From a virus (Duplodnaviria; Caudoviricetes): a stretch of DNA of 64,000 nucleotides. Positions 1 to 8,962 of this stretch are shown piece after piece. The stretch covers positions 1 to 64,000 of the IMG/VR virus record IMGVR_UViG_3300005758_000017. One strand, written 5' to 3'. The translations under genes and the position numbers were made by a program. Each line of letters opens with the position of its first letter. Within the stretch, counting starts at the first letter, position 1. The notes beneath the pieces are model-generated. The model was not told the origin of the DNA and made no database searches. It saw only the letters and a list, made by a program, of their open reading frames with translations.

Positions 1-2822
1 ATGTTACCACCGTTGATATCAACTGTAGCAAATGTGCTTGTACCAGAACTTGTAACATCACCAGTTACGTTACCTGTTACGTTACCAGTTAAATCACCTG
101 TTACGTTACCTGTTACGTTACCTGTTAATGGACCAGTAAAGCTGGCAGCTGATAAGCTACCTGTTGTAGAGAAATCACCATTAACATTAACGTCTTTGTT
201 GAAGTCCCAGCTGTCTGTACCACTTGCATAAGTGATAGTAGCATTAGCACCAGCAACTGTAATACCAGCACCATTGGCTGCGGCTGCATTGGCAGCACCA
301 TCAGCAATAGTGATGTTTTTGTCTGTAACTGTTAAGTCAACAGAGTTAATAGATGTTAATGTACCTTGAACTGTTAAGTCACCGCTAACTGTTACATCAT
401 TGAATGTAACGTTGCTTGTTGTGCTAACGTCCTGACCAATTGCAAATACACCAGTTGATTGTGTATAAGTTACACCTGTACCACCACTAACATCAGCACG
501 AGTGCGAGCTGTTGTGTAGTATAGGTTGTTTGCACCTTCGGCTAAGCCGTCTGTGTCTTTGGCAGCAAATGCGCTATCAAAACGAGCTTGTGTATAGTAT
601 AGGTTAGAACCTTCTGTTACATCATCTGTTGTTTTGCCAGCTAGTGCTGTATCAAAACGAGCTTGTGTCCAATACTTGTTTGTTGCACCTTCGCCAATAT
701 CGTCAGTGTCTAGTGTATAACTAGCACCTAAAGAAATTGCGTGACCGTTAACTGTAACATCGCTGTTTGTCAAACTGCTATTTGGAATACTTGCAAGAGC
801 AATTACACCAGTTGAGCTAGAGTATGTAACACCAGTTGCTGTTGTAGCACTTAGTTCGCCACGAATGTTTGCGGCTGTTACTTTGGCAAATGTGAATGTA
901 CCAGAAGCACTATCATATGTTAAACCGCCGTGACCAGTACCACTTGTTGCGGCACTTAATTCACCACGAACATCAGCACTTGTAACTTTAGCGTATGTGA
1001 ATACGCCAGATGTGTTATCATATGTTAAATCACCAAAACCTGTGCCACTTGTTGTAGCACTGAAATGTAGACGAGTCTCGGCTGCGCTTGGACCTGTGTA
1101 TGTGAATACACCTGTTGAGCTATCGTATTGTAAATCGCCATCGCCGCTTGCACGGTATGCGCTTACTGCACCACGGTAGTCAGCATTTGTTGGGCCATCA
1201 TAAGTGAATACACCAGTTGTGCTGTTGTATTGTAGGTTACCATCACCGCTGGCTGCATTAGCACTAACGGCTTGACGATAATCAGCATCATCTGGACCTG
1301 TGTAGCTGAACACACCAGTTGCATTGTCGTAACTGAATGAACCATCACCACTTACTTTAGTTGCGCTAACTGATGCACGAGCACGAGCATCTGTATAGTA
1401 CTGGTTAGTAGCGCCTTCGGCAACATCATCTGTGTCAGGAGTTGTTAATGTAAACTCGCCGCTTGTGCTGTTGTAACTGAATAGGTTCCATCCACCGGTT
1501 GCTGTGCCAACACTTTGACGAGCACGAGCTGTTGTAAAGTACAAGTTATTTGTACCTTCAGCAACGTCATCAGTAGTTTGGCTACCTAGACTGAATGTAA
1601 ATGTACCAGTTGTATTGTCGTAGCTTAATACACTTGCGTTGTCGCTTACTAAACTTACGGCATTACGAACGCGAGCATCTGTGTAGTACTTGTTTGTTGT
1701 ACCTTCTGTTACTTCATCAGTGCTTGGTGCTGTTACAGTGATGATACCACTTGTGCTGTCATAGCTAACGTTGCCCCAGTTTGAAGATAAGCTGATAGCA
1801 TTGCGAGCGCGAGTATCTGTATAATATAAATTATTTGCACCTTCAGCAATAGCGTCTGTGTCAGGTGTTACAAATGTAAATGTACCTGTACCGGTGTTAT
1901 AATTTAAAATGTTACTGTTATCAGTTGTTAAGCTGATTGCGTTAGATGCACGTAGGTTTGTGAAGTATAAGTTTGAGCTACCTTCGCTTACGTCATCTGT
2001 GTTCAATACAACAGTATGAGTTTGACCATTAACACTCCAAACGGCAGCTTGTGTGCTAATGATACCTGTTGATGGGTCATAATCAATATTAGAACCATTG
2101 CTTACGCTATTACGAGCACGAGCTGTAGTAAAGTATTGATTTGTTGCTCCTTCAACAATCTTATCTGTATCTGGTGTTGTCCAAGTGAACGCACCAGTTG
2201 TAGAACTATAACCTAAAATCTGGCTATCGTCACTTGTTAAACTAATGGCATTACGTACACGACTGTCAGTGTAGTACAGGTTTGTTGTACCTTCTAAGAT
2301 ACCATCGCTTAGTGGATGATTGTAGCTTAAAACACCAGTTGTGCTGTTATAGTCTAATACGCTTGTGTTGTCACTTTGTAAAGACCATGCATTACGAACT
2401 CGAGAATCTGTGTAGTATAGATTTAAAGAACCTTCTGGAACATCATCTGTACTGTAGATCATCTGTGCGTTGATCTGAGCATCAACATAACTCTTTGTTG
2501 CGGCGTGCATCAAATTAGATGGATCTGCATGTAGAGTCAAGAAGCCAGTCATTGTGTCGCCGCTTAGGGCAACTTTAGTAGCGATAGAATTGGCAACGGT
2601 AGTTGCAAAATTCTGATCGTCATTAATAGCACTTGCTAATTCAGATAGTGTATCTAGAACAGCAGGTGCGGCGTTAATCAAATCACTAACGGCTCCGCTA
2701 ACGAAAGCTGTAGAAGCGATTTGGGTAGTATTAGAACCTGTACTAGCCGTTGGGGCTGTAGGGGTTCCACGCAAGTCGACGTCATTGACAATCGAGCTTG
2801 ACCTTGCTTTAATTAAAGGCAT
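1..2822 (-). CDS. Long repeat-built tail fibre / adhesin protein (partial; the 3' end runs off the left window edge)
   Basis: Not in the ORF track because it has no stop in the window. ATG at 2822 gives MPLIKARSSSIVNDVDLRGTPTAPTAS..., open for ~940 codons. It has the phage fibre motif AAPAVLDTLSELASAINDDQNFATTV, many TDD(V/I)xEGxxNLY(Y/F)TxARxR repeats, YDxxTGVFTY repeats and TGNV repeats. Confidence 0.8.
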   Translation of the reverse strand, partial: MPLIKARSSSIVNDVDLRGTPTAPTASTGSNTTQIASTAFVSGAVSDLINAAPAVLDTLSELASAINDDQNFATTVANSIATKVALSGDTMTGFLTLHADPSNLMHAATKSYVDAQINAQMIYSTDDVPEGSLNLYYTDSRVRNAWSLQSDNTSVLDYNSTTGVLSYNHPLSDGILEGTTNLYYTDSRVRNAISLTSDDSQILGYSSTTGAFTWTTPDTDKIVEGATNQYFTTARARNSVSNGSNIDYDPSTGIISTQAAVWSVNGQTHTVVLNTDDVSEGSSNLYFTNLRASNAISLTTDNSNILNYNTGTGTFTFVTPDTDAIAEGANNLYYTDTRARNAISLSSNWGNVSYDSTSGIITVTAPSTDEVTEGTTNKYYTDARVRNAVSLVSDNASVLSYDNTTGTFTFSLGSQTTDDVAEGTNNLYFTTARARQSVGTATGGWNLFSYNSTSGEFTLTTPDTDDVAEGATNQYYTDARARASVSATKVSGDGSFSYDNATGVFSYTGPDDADYRQAVSANAASGDGNLQYNSTTGVFTYDGPTNADYRGAVSAYRASGDGDLQYDSSTGVFTYTGPSAAETRLHFSATTSGTGFGDLTYDNTSGVFTYAKVTSADVRGELSAATSGTGHGGLTYDSASGTFTFAKVTAANIRGELSATTATGVTYSSSTGVIALASIPNSSLTNSDVTVNGHAISLGASYTLDTDDIGEGATNKYWTQARFDTALAGKTTDDVTEGSNLYYTQARFDSAFAAKDTDGLAEGANNLYYTTARTRADVSGGTGVTYTQSTGVFAIGQDVSTTSNVTFNDVTVSGDLTVQGTLTSINSVDLTVTDKNITIADGAANAAAANGAGITVAGANATITYASGTDSWDFNKDVNVNGDFSTTGSLSAASFTGPLTGNVTGNVTGDLTGNVTGNVTGDVTSSGTSTFATVDINGGN
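55..131 (-). repeat. 12-bp tandem repeat encoding (TGNV/TGDL)n in the fibre gene
   Basis: The plus strand shows repeated cctgttacgtta/ccagttacgtta, which encodes GPLTGNVTGNVTGDLTGNVTGNVTGDV on the minus strand. Confidence 0.9.
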
Positions 2823-2903
2823 TTTATTTTTTCCCTTGTATTAGGTTTCTCTGAAACCTCAGTTGACATTTTAAGTATGGTGTCAGACCAACATAGAGAA
2901 TAT

Positions 2904-4016
2904 TCAGATAACCAACAACCAGAAGTTTCTCGTTATGTTAACGCTTCCGTTGCTGGCAGTAACGGCAACTTCATATCGACTAGGACTGCTATTATTAGGA
3001 GCAGTTCCTACAATATTTCCGTTGCTAATGGATAGCCATCCAATTGCAGATTCACCTGCATAAGCAGGATCAATTGTAATACTTGTAGCATTATTTACCC
3101 CAAGTACAAAATTAATGGTGTCTCCGGCTGAAAAAGTTCCAATATAGGAATTTGAATTTGTCCAGTAAGGCTTAGACATGCCATAGTTTATTAGATTCGG
3201 AAATACAAATTCATTTCCGCTGGTATCTACCAGTGTCAAGTCTTGTGGAGTATTCCATAAGGAACCACTAACCTGACTTGTCTCTACCATAAGTTGCATG
3301 GTATTAACTGTTGGGTAATCAATACGTGTGATTTCTTGATTACCAATTCTAGCACCAGTGCCATATGTAATGTCTGTTGCTACAATAGAAATTGTTGTAT
3401 AAGGACCAATAGTGCTATAGCTTACACCGGTAACCCTAGGTCTTGCTCTGTCTGTTGAAGTAGTACTTTTTAAAATTTTAACTTGAATACGTGCGCCAGG
3501 TTCTGGCGCTTCGTCAAAACTAACAATGTGCCCATCAGTTAATGTGTAACTGTAAAAGGGTTCTTGTTGAATACCATCAACGCTTACTACTAAATTTTGT
3601 ACACTTCCTACACTTGTAATGATATCAAAATCAAATGCTGTGCCTGTACCAGTAAACAATCTTGTTATAACAGTTAAGGCTTGTGTTTGTGTTCTGAATT
3701 GGCCAAGGTTAGCATCATAAGAGATAACTTGACCATCAGTTGGAGTTGCGCTTTGAACATCAACAAGCTTATCTAATGTAATATTGTTAAGTTCATTGTC
3801 AACATATTCTTTTGAAGTTAGTGTTTGCCATGCTGTACCATCAAAATATTCTGTGGTAGTATTGTTGGTTGCAAAACGAATATAACCACCGACATTGATA
3901 GATGGCCTATCTACTTCACCACCAGCAGGAAGCTTTAAGGCTCCTGTACCTTCAATTTTAAGAACACCAGACTCTGGTGTAAATGATTCCTGCGAGTGGT
4001 TTGTATTAATTGACAT
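2904..4016 (-). CDS. Virion/tail-fibre-associated protein with a C-terminal putative Ig-like domain
   Basis: 370 aa. N-terminal GTGALKLPAG...GYIRF...EYFDGTAW fibre motif, an FTGTGT...VSVDGIQQEP module, and a C-terminal WLSISNGNIVGTAP...VAVTASNG Ig-like segment. Confidence 0.6.
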   Translation of the reverse strand: MSINTNHSQESFTPESGVLKIEGTGALKLPAGGEVDRPSINVGGYIRFATNNTTTEYFDGTAWQTLTSKEYVDNELNNITLDKLVDVQSATPTDGQVISYDANLGQFRTQTQALTVITRLFTGTGTAFDFDIITSVGSVQNLVVSVDGIQQEPFYSYTLTDGHIVSFDEAPEPGARIQVKILKSTTSTDRARPRVTGVSYSTIGPYTTISIVATDITYGTGARIGNQEITRIDYPTVNTMQLMVETSQVSGSLWNTPQDLTLVDTSGNEFVFPNLINYGMSKPYWTNSNSYIGTFSAGDTINFVLGVNNATSITIDPAYAGESAIGWLSISNGNIVGTAPNNSSPSRYEVAVTASNGSVNITRNFWLLVI

Positions 4017-4462
4017 TAACTTTTTCCTGCAATCTTTTCTTGACTACGTCCGTATGCGGCTAAACCTAGAACTGCACCCATTGCAATGTGATACAATCCT
4101 GCGCCTTGTAATGTTAACGGACTCCATTGGCTTGTAACTTGACCACCTTGTAAGGCTTGCAGTACTGACCATAGTACTGGGAAGATAACAAAGTCTGTGG
4201 CACATGTAATCATGTAAATGAACGCCATCATTGGGCGCCATTTGCTGTTGATAAAATTACCAAATTTGTCGTTTGTTTCAAGTGTATTTGTAGCACCTTG
4301 AACTGCTACCTGTGCGGCTGCATCTGCTACGGCTTTTGTTTTTGCGGCTTCGTCGGCTGAACTCCAACCGCCTGCGGCTACCTTAGCATCAATGTTCATT
4401 TGAACTTGCGGGCTCATTGGGCCTGGTTTATCAGTTTGTAAAAATTCGTCTAATTTTGGCAT
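4016..4462 (-). CDS. Holin-like membrane protein (GTA 3TM-holin type)
   Basis: 148 aa, with KWRPMM followed by hydrophobic segments and a GRSQEK tail. GAGG SD and a TAAATA motif lie upstream. Confidence 0.6.
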   Translation of the reverse strand: MPKLDEFLQTDKPGPMSPQVQMNIDAKVAAGGWSSADEAAKTKAVADAAAQVAVQGATNTLETNDKFGNFINSKWRPMMAFIYMITCATDFVIFPVLWSVLQALQGGQVTSQWSPLTLQGAGLYHIAMGAVLGLAAYGRSQEKIAGKS

Positions 4463-4493
4463 ATTGGCCTCCTCTAGGTTATTTACCAGAGGC

Positions 4494-4736
4494 TCATTTT
4501 TTTGGTCCTGCTTCTTTGTTAAAAAGCTTATGTGCCTGATTAGCTACTTCTGCAAATATGTCAGTTCCTGACTCGGTTTTCCCCCATTTTCCTTTTGGGC
4601 ACTCTGTATCTGCCAGCATAACTTTTAAACTAACTAAGCATCCACATTCAGTACATTGTCGGGTACTACGGCGATAATATTCGCACCCTTGGCATAGTTT
4701 TGCTCTTTCGAAGCGTACTTTCATATCTGTGAACAT
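4494..4736 (-). CDS. Small Cys-rich protein (CxxC...CxxCGC...CPxGKW; DUF6171-like)
   Basis: Sequence RAKLCQGCEYY...QCTECGCLVSLKVMLADTECPKGKW. The start is re-placed at ATG 4736, in frame with the track ORF and 4 nt after a TAAGTA motif. Confidence 0.6.
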   Translation of the reverse strand: MFTDMKVRFERAKLCQGCEYYRRSTRQCTECGCLVSLKVMLADTECPKGKWGKTESGTDIFAEVANQAHKLFNKEAGPKK

Positions 4737-4753
4737 ATTATACTTACCCATTA

Positions 4754-4779
4754 GAAAAGGACTCCGGAGAGTCCTTTTC
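4754..4779 (-). terminator. Intrinsic terminator after the major capsid gene
   Basis: GAAAAGGACTC-TCCG-GAGTCCTTTTC, a perfect 11-bp inverted repeat ~30 nt after the gp23 stop. Confidence 0.8.
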
Positions 4780-4806
4780 GTTCTACTTAACTAACCTAGT
4801 TAAAGA

Positions 4807-6012
4807 TTAGATGAAGCTTAGGTTGCCACTATCGATAGCGATTGTGTTAACGTAGTCGGCAGCGTTACCTAGAGAAGATGCGCTGTTGCTTAGTTCAACA
4901 TAACCGTAACGTGTCATGAAGCTGACAGTTGGTTCGAATGTAGCTGGGTCAAGGATAACACCAGAGCTCATCAATGGGATGTATGGGCAATAGAATGCTG
5001 GAGCATCCATTTCGTTAGCACCCTTGTAACCGATTAGGACAGGAGCGTCATCACCGGCGTAGTGGTTAACGTATACACGAACAGAGCTGTTTAGTGTACC
5101 AACGAACTTTGTGTTTGTTGGAGCTTCGAATGTACCTTCTGTTGTACGAGCGAAAGCAGATGTTGTTGCGCTTTGTAGAATTGTTAAAGCTGTTGGGCTT
5201 ACAACAATGTAGTTACCAGCGCCACGACGTGTGCGGCTAGCGATGTCGTTAGCGGCACGGTTGATCAATACTGCAAGAGCGGCGTGTTGGTCACCAACGA
5301 AGTTAGCTGTACCAGATACTGCGCCTTGGTCGTATGTACCGTATGGTGTGCCTGCTAGGTTAACTAGGCTACCAATGATTTCTTGGTCGATTTCAGCAGT
5401 GATTTCTTGTGCTAGAGCGGCCATGATTTCCGCTTCAACGTCAACACCGTGAATGGCTTGAGCGTCTTGAGCGGCTTCAAATGTCCAACGAGCACTTAAC
5501 TTACGGCTCTTAGCTTCAACAGTCTCTTTCAAGATCTGGATGTTCATCTTCTTACCGCCAACACCTTCCATGCTAGCTGTAGAAGCGGCTGTACCAGCGG
5601 CTGCACCAGAATATTGTTGAGCAATCTTGAATGGGCTTAGAGCTTCATCGTTAGCACTTACTGCACCACCGATAACATCACCAGCACCAGCACCTGTCTT
5701 CTCAGCCATTGCTTCAGCGTAGCGAACACGTAAAGTGTGAATCTGGCTAACTGGACCTTGCATAGGTTGAACACCAACTAATTCGTTAGCGATTGTTGTT
5801 GGCATAACGCGACGAATAACTGGTAGAATAACCTTGTTTAGAACAGCAACGTTACCAGATGCTGTAGCACCAGTAGTTGCAGTTTCTGTCAAGTACTTCT
5901 TTGTGTTCTCTAGAACAACTTCCATTGTGGTCTTACGTTGACCTTGTAAGCCTTCTACTAAAGCTTCTTTAGTAGCAGACCAATTTTTAGCTTCAAATAG
6001 AGCTTGTGACAT
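4807..6012 (-). CDS. gp23: Major capsid protein, T4 gp23-like
   Basis: 401 aa. Motifs ILPVIRRVMP..IANELVGVQPMQGPVSQI, VEAKSRKLSARWTFEAAQD, EITAEIDQEII and FYCPYIPL. Confidence 0.97.
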   Translation of the reverse strand: MSQALFEAKNWSATKEALVEGLQGQRKTTMEVVLENTKKYLTETATTGATASGNVAVLNKVILPVIRRVMPTTIANELVGVQPMQGPVSQIHTLRVRYAEAMAEKTGAGAGDVIGGAVSANDEALSPFKIAQQYSGAAAGTAASTASMEGVGGKKMNIQILKETVEAKSRKLSARWTFEAAQDAQAIHGVDVEAEIMAALAQEITAEIDQEIIGSLVNLAGTPYGTYDQGAVSGTANFVGDQHAALAVLINRAANDIASRTRRGAGNYIVVSPTALTILQSATTSAFARTTEGTFEAPTNTKFVGTLNSSVRVYVNHYAGDDAPVLIGYKGANEMDAPAFYCPYIPLMSSGVILDPATFEPTVSFMTRYGYVELSNSASSLGNAADYVNTIAIDSGNLSFI

Positions 6013-6026
6013 AATAGTCTCCTAAA

Positions 6027-7139
6027 TTAAATCTTAATACCAGCGAGTTTACGTAGCTGTTGAATAGTTTCGTCAGCTTCGGCTGGGGCGGCAACAATCT
6101 CAACTTGAGTTTTATTACCTGTAATCACAGTCTTCTGCGATTGTTGTCCTTCAACTAATTGTTTCTTCTCACGACGAACTTCTTCGTTTAGGACTGATGG
6201 CAAGAATTTCTGGAATTGATCTTTTAGCTTAGATGTTTCTGTGCTTTCAAGAAGTTCTTCCATGATGCCACGCTTGTCTTTTGACAATGGGGCACACAAA
6301 TCTTGCATTACGCGAACTCGCTGTGCTTGATCTTCCGCAATGCGCTGACGACGAAGCGACTCGCTAATTTGTTGTTCTTTCTCTTCAATAGTCTTTTGAG
6401 CCTCTTTTAATTGACCTTGGATTTCGACGATTGATTTGTTAAGTTGGCTTACGGCAGTACCGTCTGCAAACTTAGATGCCATAAATTCTGCGGCAAAAGC
6501 TTCCATGATCTTACGACCAAAGTTGTTTTCTTTTGCTTCGCGAATATCTGTTTTAAGCTGAGTGATTTCTTTCTTGAAAGTTTCAGCAACAATGGTGTTA
6601 ACCTTTTCGCTGGCTTTCTTAACAAAAGCACTCTTGGCTTCTTCAATTGCCTTACGACCTTCAGCAACTAGTTTAACGCGAGCGTTTACTAGGCTCTTAT
6701 GATCTTCATGCAATTCGCTTAGTTCACTTGTTAACTTGCGTAAAGCAAATTCTTCAAGTTGAGCAACGGCTGCTTTAGAAGCAGAACGATCAGAACGAAG
6801 TTCAGCAACTTCTTTTGCAAGAGTTTCTGTTACTAATTTTTGTAACAAGGCTGCATCTTCTTTGATCTTGGCAGCATACTTTGTACGCTGTGCAACTGCT
6901 TCTTCACGCAATGTTTTTAAATCTTGTGCGCCAGCATTGATAGTGTCTTGCATTAACTTATCCATTGCTTCAATAAGTTGACCTTTATCATGCTCGTAAC
7001 GTGAAGCAAATTCTTCACGTAGTTCTGCCGTAACTTCTTCACGGCTTTCGGCTAAGTGTTTTTCCCAAGCGGCGTTGATATTCTCACGCACCTCTTCGGA
7101 TAAAACTACCGAACCTAACATTTCTGTAAATTGACTCAT
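6027..7139 (-). CDS. Prohead core scaffolding protein, gp22-like
   Basis: 370-aa Glu/Lys/Ala-rich coiled coil between the protease and capsid genes. Confidence 0.85.
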   Translation of the reverse strand: MSQFTEMLGSVVLSEEVRENINAAWEKHLAESREEVTAELREEFASRYEHDKGQLIEAMDKLMQDTINAGAQDLKTLREEAVAQRTKYAAKIKEDAALLQKLVTETLAKEVAELRSDRSASKAAVAQLEEFALRKLTSELSELHEDHKSLVNARVKLVAEGRKAIEEAKSAFVKKASEKVNTIVAETFKKEITQLKTDIREAKENNFGRKIMEAFAAEFMASKFADGTAVSQLNKSIVEIQGQLKEAQKTIEEKEQQISESLRRQRIAEDQAQRVRVMQDLCAPLSKDKRGIMEELLESTETSKLKDQFQKFLPSVLNEEVRREKKQLVEGQQSQKTVITGNKTQVEIVAAPAEADETIQQLRKLAGIKI

Positions 7140-7149
7140 AGCTTTTTCC

Positions 7150-7791
7150 TCAGACTTTCTTTAGATTTGTAATAAATCTAGTCACCTCGTTTTCAAGGTG
7201 CTTTTGTGCGGACCTATCGTAGGTCGCCGCATAGGCCACATCCATTAGAGCGGCACGTCTACGACTTCCCATTACTCTTTCATAAATTGGTGTTGGATAG
7301 GCTTCTGGAGCACTAGGTTGTGCTACAACGTCAACAGTTACAATTTCAAAATCCGACACGTTACCTGATTCAGTAACATTGCCGGATCCACGACTGCTGA
7401 CACCTAATTTTACACCGCTTTCAAGCAATGTTTTGATAATGTTTCCCATAGGGGTAGGGATAAGTTTTAACTTACCATAACCGTTTGGACCATCCATCCA
7501 CATCTCTGTAACCATATGACTTACGCGGTCAATGTTTACTTGTAGATCGTCTGGGTGATCTGCTTCTCCTAATACAGAGAAACCACTATCTAATCGTTTA
7601 CGAATGCTCTCTACAGCATTTGCGATTTCGTTAACAGGGTATACACGTTGATTGTGATTACGTACACCGCCCTGGATGAAAACGCCTTTCATGTAGAGAT
7701 CCTTACCGCCACTGGCAGAGTCTTTGGTTTCAACAACCATACCTGCTTGATCGAATGTTAAATTTTCTCTTAGTGGCTGTAGGTTCATCAT
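7150..7791 (-). CDS. gp21: Prohead maturation protease, T4 gp21-like
   Basis: Motifs GVFIQGGVRNHNQRVYP, LGEADHP, KLGVSSRGSG and DVVAQPSAPEAY. Confidence 0.95.
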   Translation of the reverse strand: MMNLQPLRENLTFDQAGMVVETKDSASGGKDLYMKGVFIQGGVRNHNQRVYPVNEIANAVESIRKRLDSGFSVLGEADHPDDLQVNIDRVSHMVTEMWMDGPNGYGKLKLIPTPMGNIIKTLLESGVKLGVSSRGSGNVTESGNVSDFEIVTVDVVAQPSAPEAYPTPIYERVMGSRRRAALMDVAYAATYDRSAQKHLENEVTRFITNLKKV

Positions 7792-7794
7792 GGT

Positions 7795-8598
7795 TTAACC
7801 TCGAGGTAATACGTTTGCGCTAGAGCCGCCTTCACGACCAGGTGCTGTACCTGGCTTGGCTACTTTACTAACTGCTGGCTTTGTTGTACCGCCCATGTCT
7901 TGAGACTTAGGTGCTTTGCCAGGGGCTGTGCCGCTAGCTGTACCTTCGCCACTTGTGCTACCACCAAATTGTGTAGCTGGACGAGCCATCATTGGATTAC
8001 GTTTTGCAACTGGGCTTGTTGTATTTGTAGCACCTGTAACGCTATTTGCGCCAGATCCTGCACCAGCTGGGTTACCTTCTGTGTTAGCATCTAAAGAAAC
8101 TTTTTGTAGTTCTAATGCTTCACCGATTTTTGTTTCATCTTCTTCAGGTGGCATTTCGCCCATTTCGGCGTCCATTTCACCTTCTTCACCTGGGGCTTCG
8201 ACTTCTTCGCCGCCAACCATTTCTTCGAATTCTGCTTTTAGTTTTGCTAGGGCAGACTCAACGTCCATCATAGCATCTGCTACATCAGCGGCATCTGCAT
8301 CAACTGGAGCGGCTTCTTCGCCACCCATTTCAGCATCTAGGTCGTCTGTAGCTTCTTCTTCGCCACCCATTTCTGGGGCAAATTCTTCATCACCTTCTTC
8401 TGTTAAATCGGATTCAACTTCATCAACAGCGTTGACGGCTTGTTCAGCTTCGTCTTCGAAGGCAATATCGTCAGCCATAATGTCTTCATAGACTTGACGG
8501 CCAACGCTAACATAGTAATCATGTAACAAAGCGGCGGCTTTGCCTTCTTCTTTATTTAGAAGATGGTCCAACGCTTGTTCTAGTACTGTTTTCGTCAT
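7795..8598 (-). CDS. Acidic low-complexity prohead core-type protein (gp67/gp68 position)
   Basis: 267 aa, very Glu/Asp-rich with a Gly/Ala/Pro/Thr-rich C-terminus; first gene of the head operon. Confidence 0.6.
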   Translation of the reverse strand: MTKTVLEQALDHLLNKEEGKAAALLHDYYVSVGRQVYEDIMADDIAFEDEAEQAVNAVDEVESDLTEEGDEEFAPEMGGEEEATDDLDAEMGGEEAAPVDADAADVADAMMDVESALAKLKAEFEEMVGGEEVEAPGEEGEMDAEMGEMPPEEDETKIGEALELQKVSLDANTEGNPAGAGSGANSVTGATNTTSPVAKRNPMMARPATQFGGSTSGEGTASGTAPGKAPKSQDMGGTTKPAVSKVAKPGTAPGREGGSSANVLPRG

Positions 8599-8652
8599 TT
8601 ATATTTCTCCTTGCGCTAAGGGGCGCACGTAGGAACGTGCTTTACCAATAAC

Positions 8653-8658
8653 TACTTA
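8653..8658 (-). promoter_or_regulatory. Late promoter motif TAAGTA upstream of the head operon
   Basis: The plus strand reads TACTTA, 55 nt upstream of the 8598 start. Confidence 0.5.
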
Positions 8659-8731
8659 CAGATGGCGCAGTTAAAAGGCGGAGAAATGGCAGAAAAAACG
8701 TAGTTTTTACTACGTTAGTAGAGATGATAAG

Positions 8732-8938
8732 TTATGCCGCTGGCGGTCGGGCATACATTTGTTTAACTAACTTTAATCGTTGTTTTGATTCGTAGTCTCG
8801 CAAATCTTTCATTTTTCGAAGTTTATTAACGTGTTCAAGACTTAAACGCTTTCTGCGTAGGTCCCCGAAAAAAGCCACATCGGGGTCTACTTCGTTTTCA
8901 ATTTCATCGTTGATAAGTGTTAAATCGTTGAATCGCAT
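8732..8938 (-). CDS. Small basic hypothetical protein between the portal and head-core genes
   Basis: 68 aa (RRKRLSLEHVNKLRKMKD...QMYARP), with TAAATA 5 nt before the ATG. Confidence 0.7.
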   Translation of the reverse strand: MRFNDLTLINDEIENEVDPDVAFFGDLRRKRLSLEHVNKLRKMKDLRDYESKQRLKLVKQMYARPPAA

Positions 8939-8943
8939 AATGC

Positions 8944-8949
8944 TATTTA
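8944..8949 (-). promoter_or_regulatory. Late promoter motif TAAATA-N5-ATG
   Basis: The minus strand reads CGGTAAATAGCATTATG. Confidence 0.7.
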
Positions 8950-8962
8950 CCGTTATCCTAGA

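Noticed and set aside
1-2473. Short track ORFs on both strands (1-231, 125-307, 997-1179, 1163-1351, 2282-2473)
   Set aside because: These are shadows of the long minus-strand fibre gene (1-2822), whose repeats create open antisense and alternate frames.
7916-8491. 191-aa plus-strand Ser/Pro-rich ORF
   Set aside because: Antisense shadow of the acidic head-core gene; its composition mirrors the GAA/GAT-rich codons.
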